Positions 41,506 to 55,893 of a stretch of 64,000 bases of DNA are shown one piece after another; position 1 is the stretch's first letter; each line of letters opens with the position of its first letter. The notes beneath the pieces are model-generated. The model saw only the letters and a program-made list of their open reading frames with translations, did no database searches and was not told the DNA's origin. The position numbers and the translations under genes are program-made. Origin of the DNA: the human T2T-CHM13v2.0 reference genome, Homo sapiens; assembly GCF_009914755.1 (NCBI RefSeq), contig NC_060937.1. One strand, 5' to 3'.

Positions 41506-43390
41506 TCTTACCTTGGTTTAAATTCTATCACATTGGCAGCTGTTTCTCACTCCCCTTTGCTTATCCTTTTTCATTTTATGGATTTGGAATTTATTCTGTG
41601 TCTACGAACTGAGACTTCCAACCACTTCTCTATTATAATTTCTGCACCCTGTTGCTAAGTTATTTCGTGCAGTCCAATGCCTGGAAAAGTAGTCTGTATG
41701 TTTGATGACTCTGTTATACCACTTTATTCCGAGCTCGGCTTTTGTTTTTGGCACATCATAAGTCCTTTTAAAATACTGTTTGAATAAATATGGAGATGAG
41801 TGAGACGGAAAATATCAGGTATCTTTATGCAAGGAGCCATTGAGATGGCTATTAGCAGAACCAGTGCTAGTCGTTGGACTTTTGATCTTATTTTGAGTCC
41901 AAATTAGGAATTCCTTCTTTCATCATGAATTTAAAATGCATTATTTTTCTCTTAAAAATGGTGCCTGCCAGATGATTGATGACTTTATACTTGAATATCA
42001 GTCATTAAACATTTCATTTACAGTCAAAATATACTTAATATACTCAGCACTATTAAATCTCGTTAATTCTGAGAAGGGATTGAATGACTTGCAGTGTCAT
42101 GATATCTAGCAATTGGGATGTTATAAGAAATACAGCTGATAGAGATAAATAGATGATAAATAACAATATTCTTTACACAAATTTTTAAAACAAATTACAG
42201 CTTTTATTTTTATTTTGGACTAAGATATAACTGGTATCAAGTCAGGAATAGTGTGATCTTGGGAAATTCATTTATAACCTCACATTCCTCTGTTGTAAAA
42301 TGAAAAAAAAAATAACTTTCTCACTGAGTTGTAAGGAGTAAACAAAATAGAATAGTGTCTGACAAAAAAGAAGCTCTTTACAAGTTAACAATAATTATGT
42401 TATTATGTAATCTCTTAATTCAAATTGACATCAAATTAGAAGTATATTTATTAAATACATTTGTGATGTCAAGATACACTAATATATCTAAGAGATTTAA
42501 AACCGAATCATATTTGACTTCTTTTCAGTGTTCATTCCTTTTGTAACAAGTGTGTGGTACTTATTTTAATATTTTTGTTATTGTTTTACTTGAACCATAA
42601 AATCACCACATGCTTTCAGAATACAGCATTCCTAGATTCATTCCTGATTCACAGAACTGGCTATCGTAAGAAAACAATAATAATACATTTTAAGCTGATT
42701 ATTTTATATGTTCTCCAAATCAATCAGTTTCTAGACTACCTCCCTTGGCCCACTACTATAGCATATTTTTTGCAAATGTCAGGGCATATCTACAGCTTCT
42801 GTAATCATAAAAACTAATTTTCAGTCTTGGCACTAAGACTGTTTGCATATATTCAAAAGAATATTTGACTTTTGACCTTCTATTCATTTCCCTAACACTT
42901 TTCAAATTTATCCTTATTGATTCAATTCATTCTCTGTGAAATGTACTTTTTGCATGCCTGCGATATTTTTTGTGTTTGACACAAATGTTTAAGTTAATAT
43001 AAAATTTAGGTTAAGTACATCAAATACTAAGAATTCTAGTTCAATATATGGTGACCTTTAGAGAATTACTTATGTTAGAAAATACACTTTGTCAATGGAT
43101 ACTTACTTAGAAAAGCATTGTGTCCTGCTGAAGTGTTGCTTAAATAGAATTTATACAGTAATAGGTCACCTTTAAAAAATATGCCAGATCATGAAGGAAC
43201 TGAGAAATAGGTTGAGCTAATGAAAAATGCATTGATGATGCTAAGACATTTGTCTGAATTTACAGAGCAAATTGTTGGGGGAGGCACAAGTAAGAAGGAG
43301 GCTTAATATTCAAAAGATATTTTTTTATTAGTATCAGCGGAGCAAAGAACTATGTCTTCTCCCAGTATCTTAAACTAAGAAAGTAGACTT

Positions 43391-44346
43391 GTGACACAGG
43401 AATTTTTGGTGCTGCTTTGCCAGCTGGTGACTTCTGAGGCTGGTGACGCCCCTACCCAGGATTGCCCTTGGATTGCCACAGGAGGTACCCCACCCACTTG
43501 GTTCAGTGGGCTGCCTTTGGCTTGTGCTCCAGGCTGGATCGAGCACTCACGGTGGGATCCCACACTCAGCCTGCAGCTCAGCCGGGCATGCAGCAACCTT
43601 CTTCCACCTTGGGCACCTGCATCTGGATGAGGGGAATGCAGTGGCTGCCAAGAAACTCGGAGACACCAGCAACTCCAGTATTATTATTGAGGGGGTATCA
43701 TTCCCACCCTTTGCAGCTCAGTGTAAGGGGTGTGTTAACATCTTTTTCAGTCCTGTTGCCCAACTCTGGCCTGTGGTTCCTGGGCAGACCCAGCCCCACT
43801 GCTACTTTCTGTTGTCTAGAGCAGCCACCGGACACTGGTGGAGGACCGTGGGCTACAAGTGCTTCAGCTTTTTTCATACCAGCGTTTGGCAGGTCCCAAG
43901 TTCTTGTCCCACTTCCAAGAAGAATGAAGTTACTCTGATAACTGAAGGATGAGGAGGGTGGAGACTTTTACTGAGCGACAACAGCACAGTTTTTAGCAGA
44001 GAGGGGACCCAAAGAGGGCAGCCCCCTACCCAAAGTCGAGTAGCCTGTGAGGTGCCTGAGTCCGGTTGAGACCTTGGTTTTTATGGGCTCAGAATGGAGG
44101 AAGTGCATGCTGATTGGTCCATGGGCAGGAGGAAGTGGTTCTGAGTTGGTCCATGGGTGAGTGTGGAAAAAGCACCAACTGACTGGCTGAAAGGCATCAA
44201 GGAAGTTCCCACTCTGGGTTGCAGACCCTACCCGGAACTGGAAGCCCAGCCCCCAGGCTTTAGGTTATCCTTGACTTGATGGTTGGGCCCCACCAGGGAC
44301 CTGCCCTGCCTAGGAACCTGTCTGCCTCCCGCCACCACCGATAGCA
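43391..44346 (-). mobile_element. MER52-like ERV1 solo LTR
   Basis: GC-rich ~950 bp block with TG...CA ends; ggtttttatgggctcagaatggaggaagtgcatgctgattggtccatgggc and cccaagttcttgtcc motifs. Confidence 0.8.
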
Positions 44347-47184
44347 TCTTTTATTAATGTAAGTTCACAAATACTACATCTTAGATTGTAACCATTTAGT
44401 GCTAGCATTGAATAATTATATACTATAAGAGGAAATATTTTAAGACAGAATTAGTGACTATAGTTATAAAGTTATAAGTTGAGCTATTATCTATTTATTT
44501 TTGGATAGTGGGGTGTCTTTATAGTTGCTAAAATTTTAATTCCGGTTTAATACAATACACTTAAAAATTGTTTAGTTAAAATGTATATTCCATCAACTTA
44601 ATTCAGTTTTTATGTCTCCTCATGCAAGGAGCAAGAGGTTGGTAGACAGTTTAATTCAAATGAGAGTTCAGAAATTAGAAACTTGGCAAAATTGCCAAAT
44701 AGCTTGCACCAGGCACTCTTTTAAAGTAAGCATTAAAAAATATCAACTCATCAAGCTGTGTCAACACTTTTATTCTCCTCATTTATTCTGCAAGGCAATT
44801 CAAAATCCATGAGATTTGTAAGATATTGACCATAATGTTTGCATCCTCTATGTTTTAATGAAATCCTTTTTTCCCTATTATATAAGGGCTCCCAAAACAA
44901 ACTCATTATATTCTACATCAAAAATATAATATTTTAATTATGGAAAGTTCTTTTAACTTTCCTTAATAGTCTTAAAGTATTTATTCCATAACTCTAGGTA
45001 CAATTATATATGTGAATACATTTATATGTTTTAAAGTCTCAGTCATTTTTGTGTTTTATGAGAAAATGAATTGTTTTCAAACTCAGTTTGAAATCTTCAT
45101 TAAAAATAAAATCTAATGAGTTATGTAGTGAAACTCATTTTAATGTCACTTATATATAACTAGAATTAAAGAATTAAGACAATATTTCCCATAGTTTCAA
45201 AAACTATCCTTCTCTTCCACTATTATTGACATAGTCAGTGAATAAATTATCTAATTTACCATGTTCTCACATAGAAGTGATGGTTTCACCTTTTTGAAAC
45301 CATGATCTTCTAGAAAATGGGGAAAGCCAGCATGCTAAAATCAGCAATCTCTATGATGCCACAGGCATAAGCAGAAAAAAAGTCATGTTTCCCTAAGTTA
45401 ATTTCTGAATAAAATAAAAATGTGTGGAATTGGGAGGGCATAAGATAGAGAGACAAAAGAGGATTAGAGAAGTTACAGAAACTCCTTGAAGAAGTGACAA
45501 GCAGAACAGAGACAGGTCAAAGTAGATTTATTTTTAGGTCAGTATTTACTTATAAGTTGTGATGGGCTTCTAAGCTTACACTTTTAATATGTCCCTTCTT
45601 TTCTCATAAAGTGATGAAGCATGGTTTTATTCGACTGTAATTAGTTTGGAGAAAAAGTGATTTGAGAAATTATCTCTTTTACATAATGATGATATTTTAT
45701 GGATAATTAATGTTCATAACATTAGATTTTTAAGCAAGCAAATAAAACAATGCTAACAGCTGTTCTGATCCACATTTTAATATAAGAGTTTTCACAGATA
45801 GTTTGTGATTTTGTTTTTAGAATATCCAGGGAAGTGGATGTGTTGTGTTTATATGTGAAATGACATAAAATTACTTTAAGATTTTGGAGAATATGATAAA
45901 TGAAGACTTAAAGAGTCTCATTTTTCAGCTTCTAATGTTCCCTTGAAGAGAATGCCTAAGGTAAAAGCAATGTTAGTTTTTCACCTCATTTCACTGATGA
46001 AGTGGTAATTCACAAAAGTGCCTCTGTAAGTTGAGAAAGTATATCCAGGTGTATAAATTTGAATGCATTCGAGCATTTGGTTTTTGCTTCAAGCTACATT
46101 TTTCCTTTATATCAGAAAACCTTTGAGACACAAGTGGTTAAATGAAGAATAATTAGAAGCAAGGTAACATTGAATAAGCATAACCTAAGTACAGAATGAT
46201 GCCTCAACACTTTCTGTTAATGAATATTTATGTCCTTTTACTGCTTGTGCAAACACATATTTCTGTGCATATTCAGTTAGCTTTAATATTTTAAATAAAT
46301 TTTTAAAAGGTTTAATTTTAATACCTAACTTTTGCTTAAAATATATCTTTATTCAAATTATTTATTCCATTGTGCACATCATAACCTTTTACTTCAGATT
46401 CTTGATGGTTCCATAATGTTTGGTTAAGAATTTGTTTCTCTAAATGCTGAATAATTCGTTCATTTAATGAGAAATATATAATCTTGTATTTCTCTAAACT
46501 TGCAAATTCACTTATACTTCACCTAAGAATGCACCATCAGTTTATTTATTTTTAAGAAAAACTGAAAAGAATGATTAAGATAGTATTATTTGAATTTATA
46601 TTTCATTTTTAGAGCATAAAATGAAATAATGATTCTTGTATCTTCATAATATATATTATAATCCTCAAAGGTCTCTAATATACAAAGTAAATTTTTCACC
46701 TTCCTTCTTTGCTACTTTACCCTATTATTATTCTTGCTTTGTGCCATTTTGTTTCTGCCATCTTATTCACAAAAATAAAAATATTTTTAAGCATATGTCA
46801 TATTAATGTACTTTGAAATGTATTATATATTGTAAGTAGCCTCTGTGCAAATTAATGCTCTTATCTTATTTGAAGTTTGTTTATTAAAAAATATGATTAG
46901 ATTTTCTAGATATTTTCTGGTTTACCTTTCCTTAAAGTGTTTGCATTAATCACTGTGATTACTGTATTTTTTTTAATTTACTTTTCGTTCTTCCTCCTAT
47001 AATATGGTCATTCTCCCTTTCCTTCAGCCAACTGGAATACTTAGTTAATTTATTCTTTTCCTAAATGAACATTTAGTTATTTACTTTATAATTGTGAAAA
47101 AGTTTTATCTATATCTTGTGATATTTTATGTCATGGAAAGTTTTCTTTTTATAAAATTTATTTGATTGTTTCCATTTTTATTTT

Positions 47185-47580
47185 TTGTGGAAACTTTAAG
47201 CAAATCCTAAGGAATCTAGAAGAGCCAAATCAATCTTGAAAAAGAGCAGAGATGGAGATTATGCCCTACAATATATCAAGGATTCCTATTCTGCAATAAT
47301 TAAAATAGTGTAGTATTAAACAAAAATAGGATGTACACTAATGGAACAAAAGCCAGTCCAGAAAAAGACTCACCTCTATAGGCTCATGATCTCTCTCTCT
47401 CACTCGCTCTCTCTCTGTCTCTCTCTTTAAATATATATATATGAAAAAGTATAGCTTATTTTTTAATAAGTCATGCTGAAGAAATTTGATATTCATATTG
47501 GATTTAAAAACACCTTGAACTTTAACCTCAATCCATAACAAAAGTCATGATTTCCTAATAATTCAAGAGAATTCAATAAT
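47185..47580 (+). mobile_element. Old L1M ORF2 fragment
   Basis: agagccaaatcaatcttgaaaaagagcagagatggag...taatggaacaaaagccagtccagaaa. Confidence 0.55.
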
Positions 47581-47589
47581 TCTCTTTGC

Positions 47590-47599
47590 GTGTGTGTGT

Positions 47600-47635
<36 letters not shown>
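47590..47635. repeat. (TG)n microsatellite
   Basis: Direct reading. Confidence 0.95.
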
Positions 47636-47638
<3 letters not shown>

Positions 47639-50600
47639 CACACATGCACAGGGGCCAAGACTGGACTGCGTACTGCAAAAAAGAGTATAACCAAGTTGCC
47701 TGAAAGCTAAACATATTCCAACTTGCTCATTAATCTTTGGAGTCTTTCAAATTAAACAACAATAAGATACCAATCCTCACCTATCATAATGTTTATTTTA
47801 ATTGTGCTAAGTAAACATTATTCCCTCCATGTATTTAATAATCTTTATAGAACACATAGCACAATATTGCTTTTTCTCATTAGAGAATCACAGTGCGTGT
47901 TTCCTGAAGTAGAACAATATTCTAAGTAAGATTTAATCTCAGTTCATAACTGACTGAAATTCAAGGGTAATTTTACAGTTTTAAAATATCCGCAGGTGAA
48001 AGAAATATTGTATTCCTTTTTTTTTTCCTGAGCAAAATAAATCTGTCCCGCTCCCCTTACTCTCTCCAGAGTTAATCTTTAATTGTTTATGAAGATTGCC
48101 AGTTGAAAGCATTTGAGCATCCTGAGTGTCCTGAAGTTTATACACTTCAGGGAAATGGGAAGAACTTCCTGTTGTTGCCATGGCTGACATGCACCTTTCC
48201 TGGGCCAACTTGGCACCTTTCTTGTGCCCACATGGCCCCTTCAAAGTTCAATAGTAAACTCCCCTAGAATGATCTTTCCTCCCAAAGGCAACATTCAGCC
48301 AACAAGGTCTTTGCTTAGAATCCCAAGGCAGAAGTGCTGCATGTTCATTTTCAGCCTCTGCAAAGACGTATATATGCAAATTATTTGGTATTATTCATGC
48401 AAACAGCATTCAAATACCTAATGGTCTCAGTTTAGGATTTCCAGCACTATTTCTAATGCCATACTACACCTGTCTCCCACATCAAAGCACTGGAATTTCA
48501 ATCTGCCCCGCCTCTGAGATAATCCACTTTAATCTATTTCACTCCCTATTGCCCCTAGAAGCCAATATTAGATAAAATTTAACATATCATTCATTCTGGG
48601 ATAAAGATAGCATAAAATCATACTGTGGTGCTTGCACATGATGTTTGTAAAAAAGAAAAAATCAATAAAAGTATTCCTTTTTCTCTGGTAACATATTCTC
48701 TATTACCAAATTTGTGAATGTGTGGGGAGGAATCCATTCACTAGGGGAAGGGAATCAACAAAGCTCTATTTATCTTAATAATTCCCGTGCTCCACAAACA
48801 AGAATAAAGTAAATTCCACCAGAGTAATTCAGGAATCTTTACACAGGATAATATTTTCCTTACCTAAAATGCATTTATAGGCATTTATTTCTTAACATCT
48901 CTTTTTTCAGCCACATTAATTTTCACACTGAAATCTGTGATGCTTTATACTTATTGATGGCAATTAGAAAAGAGAAGAAAAAGGAAGTTGGCAGTAAAAT
49001 GCGAAGTAAAGAAAAAGGTAGATAGATGGGCACATTTTTGCAACAATACTTGGAATAGGTAAATGATGCAGATGAATAAATAAACTCAAAGCTACAGGCC
49101 AATATCTATGAGAAAAAAAGCTGAAACAAAAGGAGGAGGTTATGCCAGACTTTGTTTTTTTGCTGTGGTGGAATCAAAGGTAGAAAGGTAGAACTAGGTA
49201 TACATTTAGCAGAAAAATTGTGTGCTTACTGTACTAAATAAAAATTATCTTGGTGACAATCAGGTTTAAAAAATATAAAGTAAAAATTTTAAGAAATTGA
49301 AATTCTAGATAAAAATTGGATAACTACTCTAGAAAATAGAAATTTGAATAAATATTTTTTGAAAAATAGAAAAACTCAGGTTAAGCTTCATAAAAGTACC
49401 ATCTGAATACTCTAGAAAGAATAAATCCTGACAAAATTTTTAGCAAATAAGGATTGGTAAGTGAAAATTAATTGTCTAGGGGCTTTTATAAGTAATTTAA
49501 GTGTCTATGATTGCTTGACTTGATGTCCATGTTATTGAACATTTCAATGATCAAGAATCAACAATTACGACACTGAGCTATCAAAACTGGTAAAATTGTT
49601 ACAGAGCTTAGAGAGGTACATGTAAATAGGCGACTAATAAATGTATCTTTTGAATAAATGAAATATATTAAATACGAAAATAGATTTCTGGAATATTAAA
49701 GAAAGTTTACATTTATAGATATAATTTAGAAATGATGTGACTAGAGTTGATCATTGAATACTAGATTGGCTAGCACTTTCTGGGAAAAAGCATTAAACAT
49801 AACACTGACAGTGTCCAAAGCTGCTCTTTGAAAATATTCAACAGAAAGTGCTCAGTTGAATAATTTTACTCATTAAATTGATGTGATATATCAGATATGC
49901 TTAATTCAAATCTCTTTTAGGAGTGGATGGACGGCTTAGATTTTCCTTCCACTACAGTACCACAGACAGTAATAATCAAATGATGGTTGTAAATGCTAGT
50001 TGATTGATTACTAAGCAACTTATAAGCATTTTTTCCCCTTTAATAATGTTCTATACTTACCAGGTTGGATCAGTGATGAAATGTCCAAGGCCTGAAATTT
50101 CTACGATTAGTGTCATTCTTTGTGATAAGATATTATTTAATCAGAAGGACCATGTCCAAAAGAAAATTTGTTTCCTGGGAAAGGGAGCATATCAGCCTAT
50201 TATGATACATTCATGGATAAGAATGACCAATCATGAACTCTGGGTATTTCTACTTTGATGCTGCAGAGATTGCAATTACATTTGCACTGATATATTTTCA
50301 GCCTGAAATAATATGTTAAGCTTTTGATATCTGCCCTAAGAAATGATGATGTTGGCTCCGAAAAAGATTTCTACCATCAAGGGGACTAAAGGAGTTTAAA
50401 ACTGGAAGCACACCCTGGTATTAAAACCAGGAAAACAGTGGACTGTAAGAGATAGACATCTGCTTTTTAAATCGTATTTTTTGGAAAACCAAAAAGGTTT
50501 TCTCATTAATAGATTTCTTTCACTGAATATAAACATAAGCTTAGATCTTGATGTAGTTAAAGAATATATTCTTTTTTATTCTTTTTTCTTGATGCTAATC

Positions 50601-51037
50601 TAATTAAAGCTATTCATCAGGTACCCCATAATTTAGCAAACAATTGTTTTCAAAAATTAGAACAAAGTTGTCAGCAACTGTTCAACACTGATGAACTCCT
50701 GAAACACTTCCTTGCTCTGGTTCATCAAAACAGACAGTACATTTTAGTCAAACACCCTGATGATATACACATTTTCAATATCTAGTTTTTATATATTCTT
50801 TAATTGTGGAATTGTTGGAAAATTCCCAAATGTTCATTTGCCTCCTCTCATTAAAAATGGGCACCTATCACTTCTGTTTTGAATTTTAAACAATGCATTT
50901 AAACATTTCATTACTATTAATGTTAAAAATAACCCTTGCTTTTTGATGTAGATACACTGACTTTTTTCCTCATTTGCTGCATTAATTTGATAACAATGTA
51001 AAATTGTCCTAAGTTATTCTGCAAATTTAAGGCTACA

Positions 51038-51041
<4 letters not shown>

Positions 51042-51071
<30 letters not shown>
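51042..51071. repeat. (CA)n microsatellite
   Basis: Direct reading. Confidence 0.95.
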
Positions 51072-51073
<2 letters not shown>

Positions 51074-51363
51074 AAATATTAAACAGAAGTAGAAAATAGT
51101 TACTAAACAGCCAGACTTTGATATATGTAAGCTGCTACTTTGTTTTGTTGGGTTTCAAAACTTAAGCAGATATATTCTTTTCCCAGTTCTTCTGAGTTAT
51201 TTTTACTCAAATCCTGAATATTATGTTAATCTTCTGTATGTTTGACATTGCTTAATATCAGTGAGTACTTATTCCAAAATAAAGCTCTAATTCCATTTCT
51301 TCTTACGACTTAGTACACATTGTTTATGGTGGCTCTTGCCTGAAATAATGAGATGGAAGTTGA

Positions 51364-51450
51364 TCTCTCTTCTTTCTCTCTCTCTCCTTCTCTCTGTCTC
51401 TCACACACACGCAGACACATGCGTGCATACACACACACACACACACACAC
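51364..51450. repeat. Compound (CT)n/(CA)n microsatellite
   Basis: Direct reading. Confidence 0.9.
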
Positions 51451-53082
51451 TGTCACGCTCATAGGATCAATATTTATGGAGTGTTCACTGAGTCCCAGGC
51501 ATTTTCTCGGCCATTAGTAATACAGCAGTACACAAGACCAAGTTCTTAGCCTCTTAGCCTTTTGGGAATTACATACTGGCATCTGAGTCTACTTGTAAAA
51601 GTTGTTTCTTAATGACTACCATGTAAAGTATGTTCATTCATGGCTTGTGAGTAATATATTGGGGTATTAGGAAGTTAATATTTATATAGTTAAACTAAAT
51701 ATAACATTTAGTTAAAATATGAAAAACATGGAGCGTCTTTACATAGTTAAACCTACTAGTTTTCTAGCAGTGCCAGTGAAATAAAACAATAAATTATAAT
51801 TTGAATGGTATTTAATCCACAAAACTCTATCTTCACTTTTTAAAAGATCATTCATATGATCAAAAAGAAAGGTACTAACAATACTACTGCATGGTTAGTG
51901 AATAATTCTCAATAAAATAGAGAATAAAATGGCCAACTACAAACTTATACATTAAGCTTATAAGACATTGATTAAGCAACAAATTTAATAATAACTTGTA
52001 TCATTTTCTGTGAAAAAATAAAGTTTAACAAGAGGTGTACACATGTGATAAAATATTTGAACAATGAATATCATTTCATTTTTCATGCGTTTATATGTAG
52101 CTATCAGTTTTTTTTTCCTGTCCATGATAAAATTGTGGGAAAGATAGAATAACTCTTACAAGACTAGTATTAACACTTCCATTTTTAAGATAAGGAAACG
52201 GGTTCAGAAAATACACATAAATATGGAAGAAAAATTAATAAATTATAAGAATATGATGTAAACCTATGACTGTCATCACCTTCTAATAGTTCTTAATTTT
52301 TCCAACTTAATCCTTTATGATATTATGTTCAAACTGTGGGCTCTAGATAACATATGAATATTGTTTTACATAAATATCTACTACTTACTGTCTGTGCTTT
52401 CTCCAGTGCTAAATAAAACCATAATTCAGTTTCCTTATCTCTAAAATTTGAATAATAATGGTAACCTATCTTATAGCTATTATGGAAATTATTATTTGAA
52501 ATAGTATACAATGTCTGTTATGTCAACTGTTATTTAGCACAGACTCTATTGATCTTAATTTCACTTTTCTTTTAAATCTTCTCTTTCCAGGATATGTATG
52601 TATGCAGTGTGTGTGTTCTTTTTGATAGAATTACCAATCACCAGCCCTTACATTTTGGCAACACATTAAGCACACACAAAAAATAATGCCCATTTGTACT
52701 TTTCCCACTCTTATACTTTTGTAATATTAAAAATTGGTGACATAGAGCATGCAATCAAAACCTGCAGAACAATTATATAATTCTAATATCATGCATATCA
52801 CTTCCATTGTTAGTAAAACTAACAATGTTAGCTCCACTTCAATTAAGCCGAAACTATCTCTGTAGCCTTTTCCATGTATTGCAGAAGCAATACCTTGTTG
52901 ATATCATCAAATATTCCTGAAAGTCATTGCAATGGTAGCATAACTCTAACTCTAGGTTAGCACAGTAACACATCACATTTCTTCTCTGCTATTTTTATTT
53001 TTCTTAGTGAAGTAAAATTTCTTTATTCTTCTTTCAGCTTTTATTTAATTTCGTTTTCTCTCTTAAGTGCTGTTTATTCATA

Positions 53083-55893
53083 CATATTAACTATTCCTTG
53101 TCTAAAATTCTTGGAACCAGAAGTGTGTAAGATTTTGAATTGTTTGGGATTTTGAAATATTTGCATACACATAACGAGACGTCTTGAGGTTGAGACACAA
53201 ATGTAAACACAAAATTTATTTTTCATAAGCACTTTACCAAGATAGTCTGAAGCTAACATTACATAATATTTTTAACAATTTTGTGCATAAAATAAAGTTC
53301 TTGTACAGTGAACCATCAGAAACCAAAAGTGCTACTATCTCAGCCACCCACGTGAACAGTCTGTGGGGCTTTTTTTTTTGGCAAGACCATCATTCCTAAC
53401 TCTGAATTTATAACTACTGATAAGCATTTTCTTATATTTTTTTCACACATAAGCACTTAACCATAATAAATATGACATAATATTAATACAGTGAAAAAAT
53501 AATAGGTTTAGGGTAACTAATCAGCACACCAGCTTCACCAGAATACCTTTAACAGCTGTTAAACAACAGCAACAAAAAAGAAGAGCAGGCTTTCAGTCTC
53601 CACCTAAGAAGCTGTGTTTTGATTAAAAGGTTACTGTAGACAGTATTTTATCTTTTATAGGTGAGAAAAAAACACTAGAAACAGTCGCCAACCAGGAAGT
53701 GGATCCTGTAGGGATGAGGAGACATTCAGCTGGATGGCTTTTTTAAATGCTTCCTCCAGAATCATCTGTCTCATTAACAACATTCTTTGTCTTAGAAGTC
53801 ACTTTCTGATTTTATGAACTGAGAAGATTTCTGTTTCTGTTATGAGTGCACACTGCTTTAGGCCTTCAATAAGCTCATCACTTATTTTCACCATGTTGTC
53901 GTGGGCTCTTTTTCTGCAACGTATAAATCATCTTCAAGATCACTATTTTCATGATCACGTTGATTCGGAACCATTTTGGCTATTTGATCATCAGTCAATG
54001 AATGAAAATCTGCATTCTCATTATCACTGTTAAAAACTTCCTAAATTCCACTTCTTCCGGCTTACTGAGGGACTCTGAAGGTATTTTTTGCATATGTAAG
54101 GAGATCAGACATCGTTTTTTTTCCCTCACTTGATATGTGGAATCCTTCAAACCCACCACCTTATTCATCATCATCACTAAACATGGTTACAGACTAGAGG
54201 CTATTCCAGACATGCACAACTGTGTCTTTAGTCACTTTATTCTAAGCATTGGCAACAGCGTAGATGGCATCCTTCATGCTAAACTTCTTTTGAAAACCTT
54301 CTACAGTCAGATCTCTGTTCACTGCTGCTAGCATGCTCTTCAAAAAAAGTGTTTTTATATTTACTCTTTATTGATCTAACAATATCTTGGTGATATGACA
54401 GAATTAATGAAGTCATGTTTGGGGAAAAACACATGGCATAAAATTATTTTTGATGAGAATTTCAACAGGAGGATGAGGAGAACAGTTGTCAAGGAATAAC
54501 AAAATCTTGCAATCATCATCCAGTCCAGCGACGCTGCAGTGAGCTTGAGCTGCTGGTACAAAATGTTTGTGAAACCAGTCAAAGAAGACGCCTTGATGAT
54601 TCATGCTTTCTTGTTAGCATAATAATGGACTAAGAAATTTACTCCTTGAAAAGAGTGAGGATGCAAGCTTTTTCCTATCACAGGAAGTTTATACTTATGT
54701 TTGCCTGTTGCATTAGTACATCCCAGCCACTTATTCTGTCCTTGGCATACTTAATTCCTATAGTGGCTGTCTTATCAGCTCTAGTCGATGTCTTTCTAGA
54801 GCAACAACACCAAAACAGAAATGAATGTTTCATCAGCATTATAGACTTGTTCTGGCATCAGGTCTTCATCAGCGATAATCTTGGTATACTCATTAATAAA
54901 TTTATCTACAGCCTAATGGTCAGCAGATGCTTTATCCCCATAAATCTTTAAAAATGTAATGCCATGACTTTTCTTAAATTTTTGCAACCAATCTGTTTAA
55001 TATTCAGAGTTCTCTTCAATTTTCTAGTTCATTGTAATAGATCTTTGCTAATGTCATGATCCACACACCATTAAGTGGCATGCTTTATAAATAAAGCATA
55101 TTTATTTTTAGCTTTATTCAGCGTTTTTGTATTTTTCATTATCTTCTGCTGATCACTTTCAGCACAGATCTTCAGCAGTTTACCCTTAAGTTTCTTCAGG
55201 TGTATATATGTGTTTCTTCAGGGATGCTAACATATCCACTTTGGTTACACAACTTACATATTTATTTTTAGCTTTATGCAGTGTTTTCGTATTTTTCAAT
55301 ATCTTCTGCTCATCACTTTCAGCACAGATCTTCAACAGTCTATCCTTGTGTTTCTCCATGGGTATATATGACAGTTATTCTACCACCATATTCTTCTGTA
55401 AGATGTTTCACACGTACACTGCTGTCCAGTTTCTCTAGCAACTTGACTTTCTCTTATATAGATAAACAGAAACGCTTTTATTTTTTCTTATTACCATTAC
55501 CCACAGAGGTATTTGCAGACCTTTTTGACATTTTCAGTAATGTCTTTACACCAAAGAGCAGAGAATAAGCAAGAAAAAGCACAGTCAGTAATGCACGTAG
55601 GTCTTGGCCCCAAGTAGGGCACTGGTGGGAACACACATCCAGCCTGTGCATGTGCCATTTTATTACCCTTCGTAGAAGGGCATGGAGAAGATATATCACA
55701 GCTGAAGTGGGCTAAGATGGTCATTTTTCCTTGGAGATGCTGAATAAACTGTGGGTCGTGCCTTTTGACTGCAACCTATCACATGAAGTTAGGTGTGGAA
55801 TTTTCCACTTGTGGCATCATATTAGCACTTAAAATGTTTCAGATTTTGAAGTGTTTTGCATTTCATATTTTCAGATTCAGAATGCTCAACCTA
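53083..55893 (-). mobile_element. Near full-length Tigger4 (Zombi) pogo-like DNA transposon with decayed transposase
   Basis: ~2.8 kb between degenerate TIRs; transposase remnants MSKRSANTSVGNGNKKK (~55530) and DDE-region FFDWFHKHFVP...KILLFLDNCSPHPP (54413-54604). Confidence 0.85.

Noticed and set aside
43375-43952. ORFs of 158-169 aa
   Set aside because: They lie inside a GC-rich MER52-like LTR and open frames occur in several phases.
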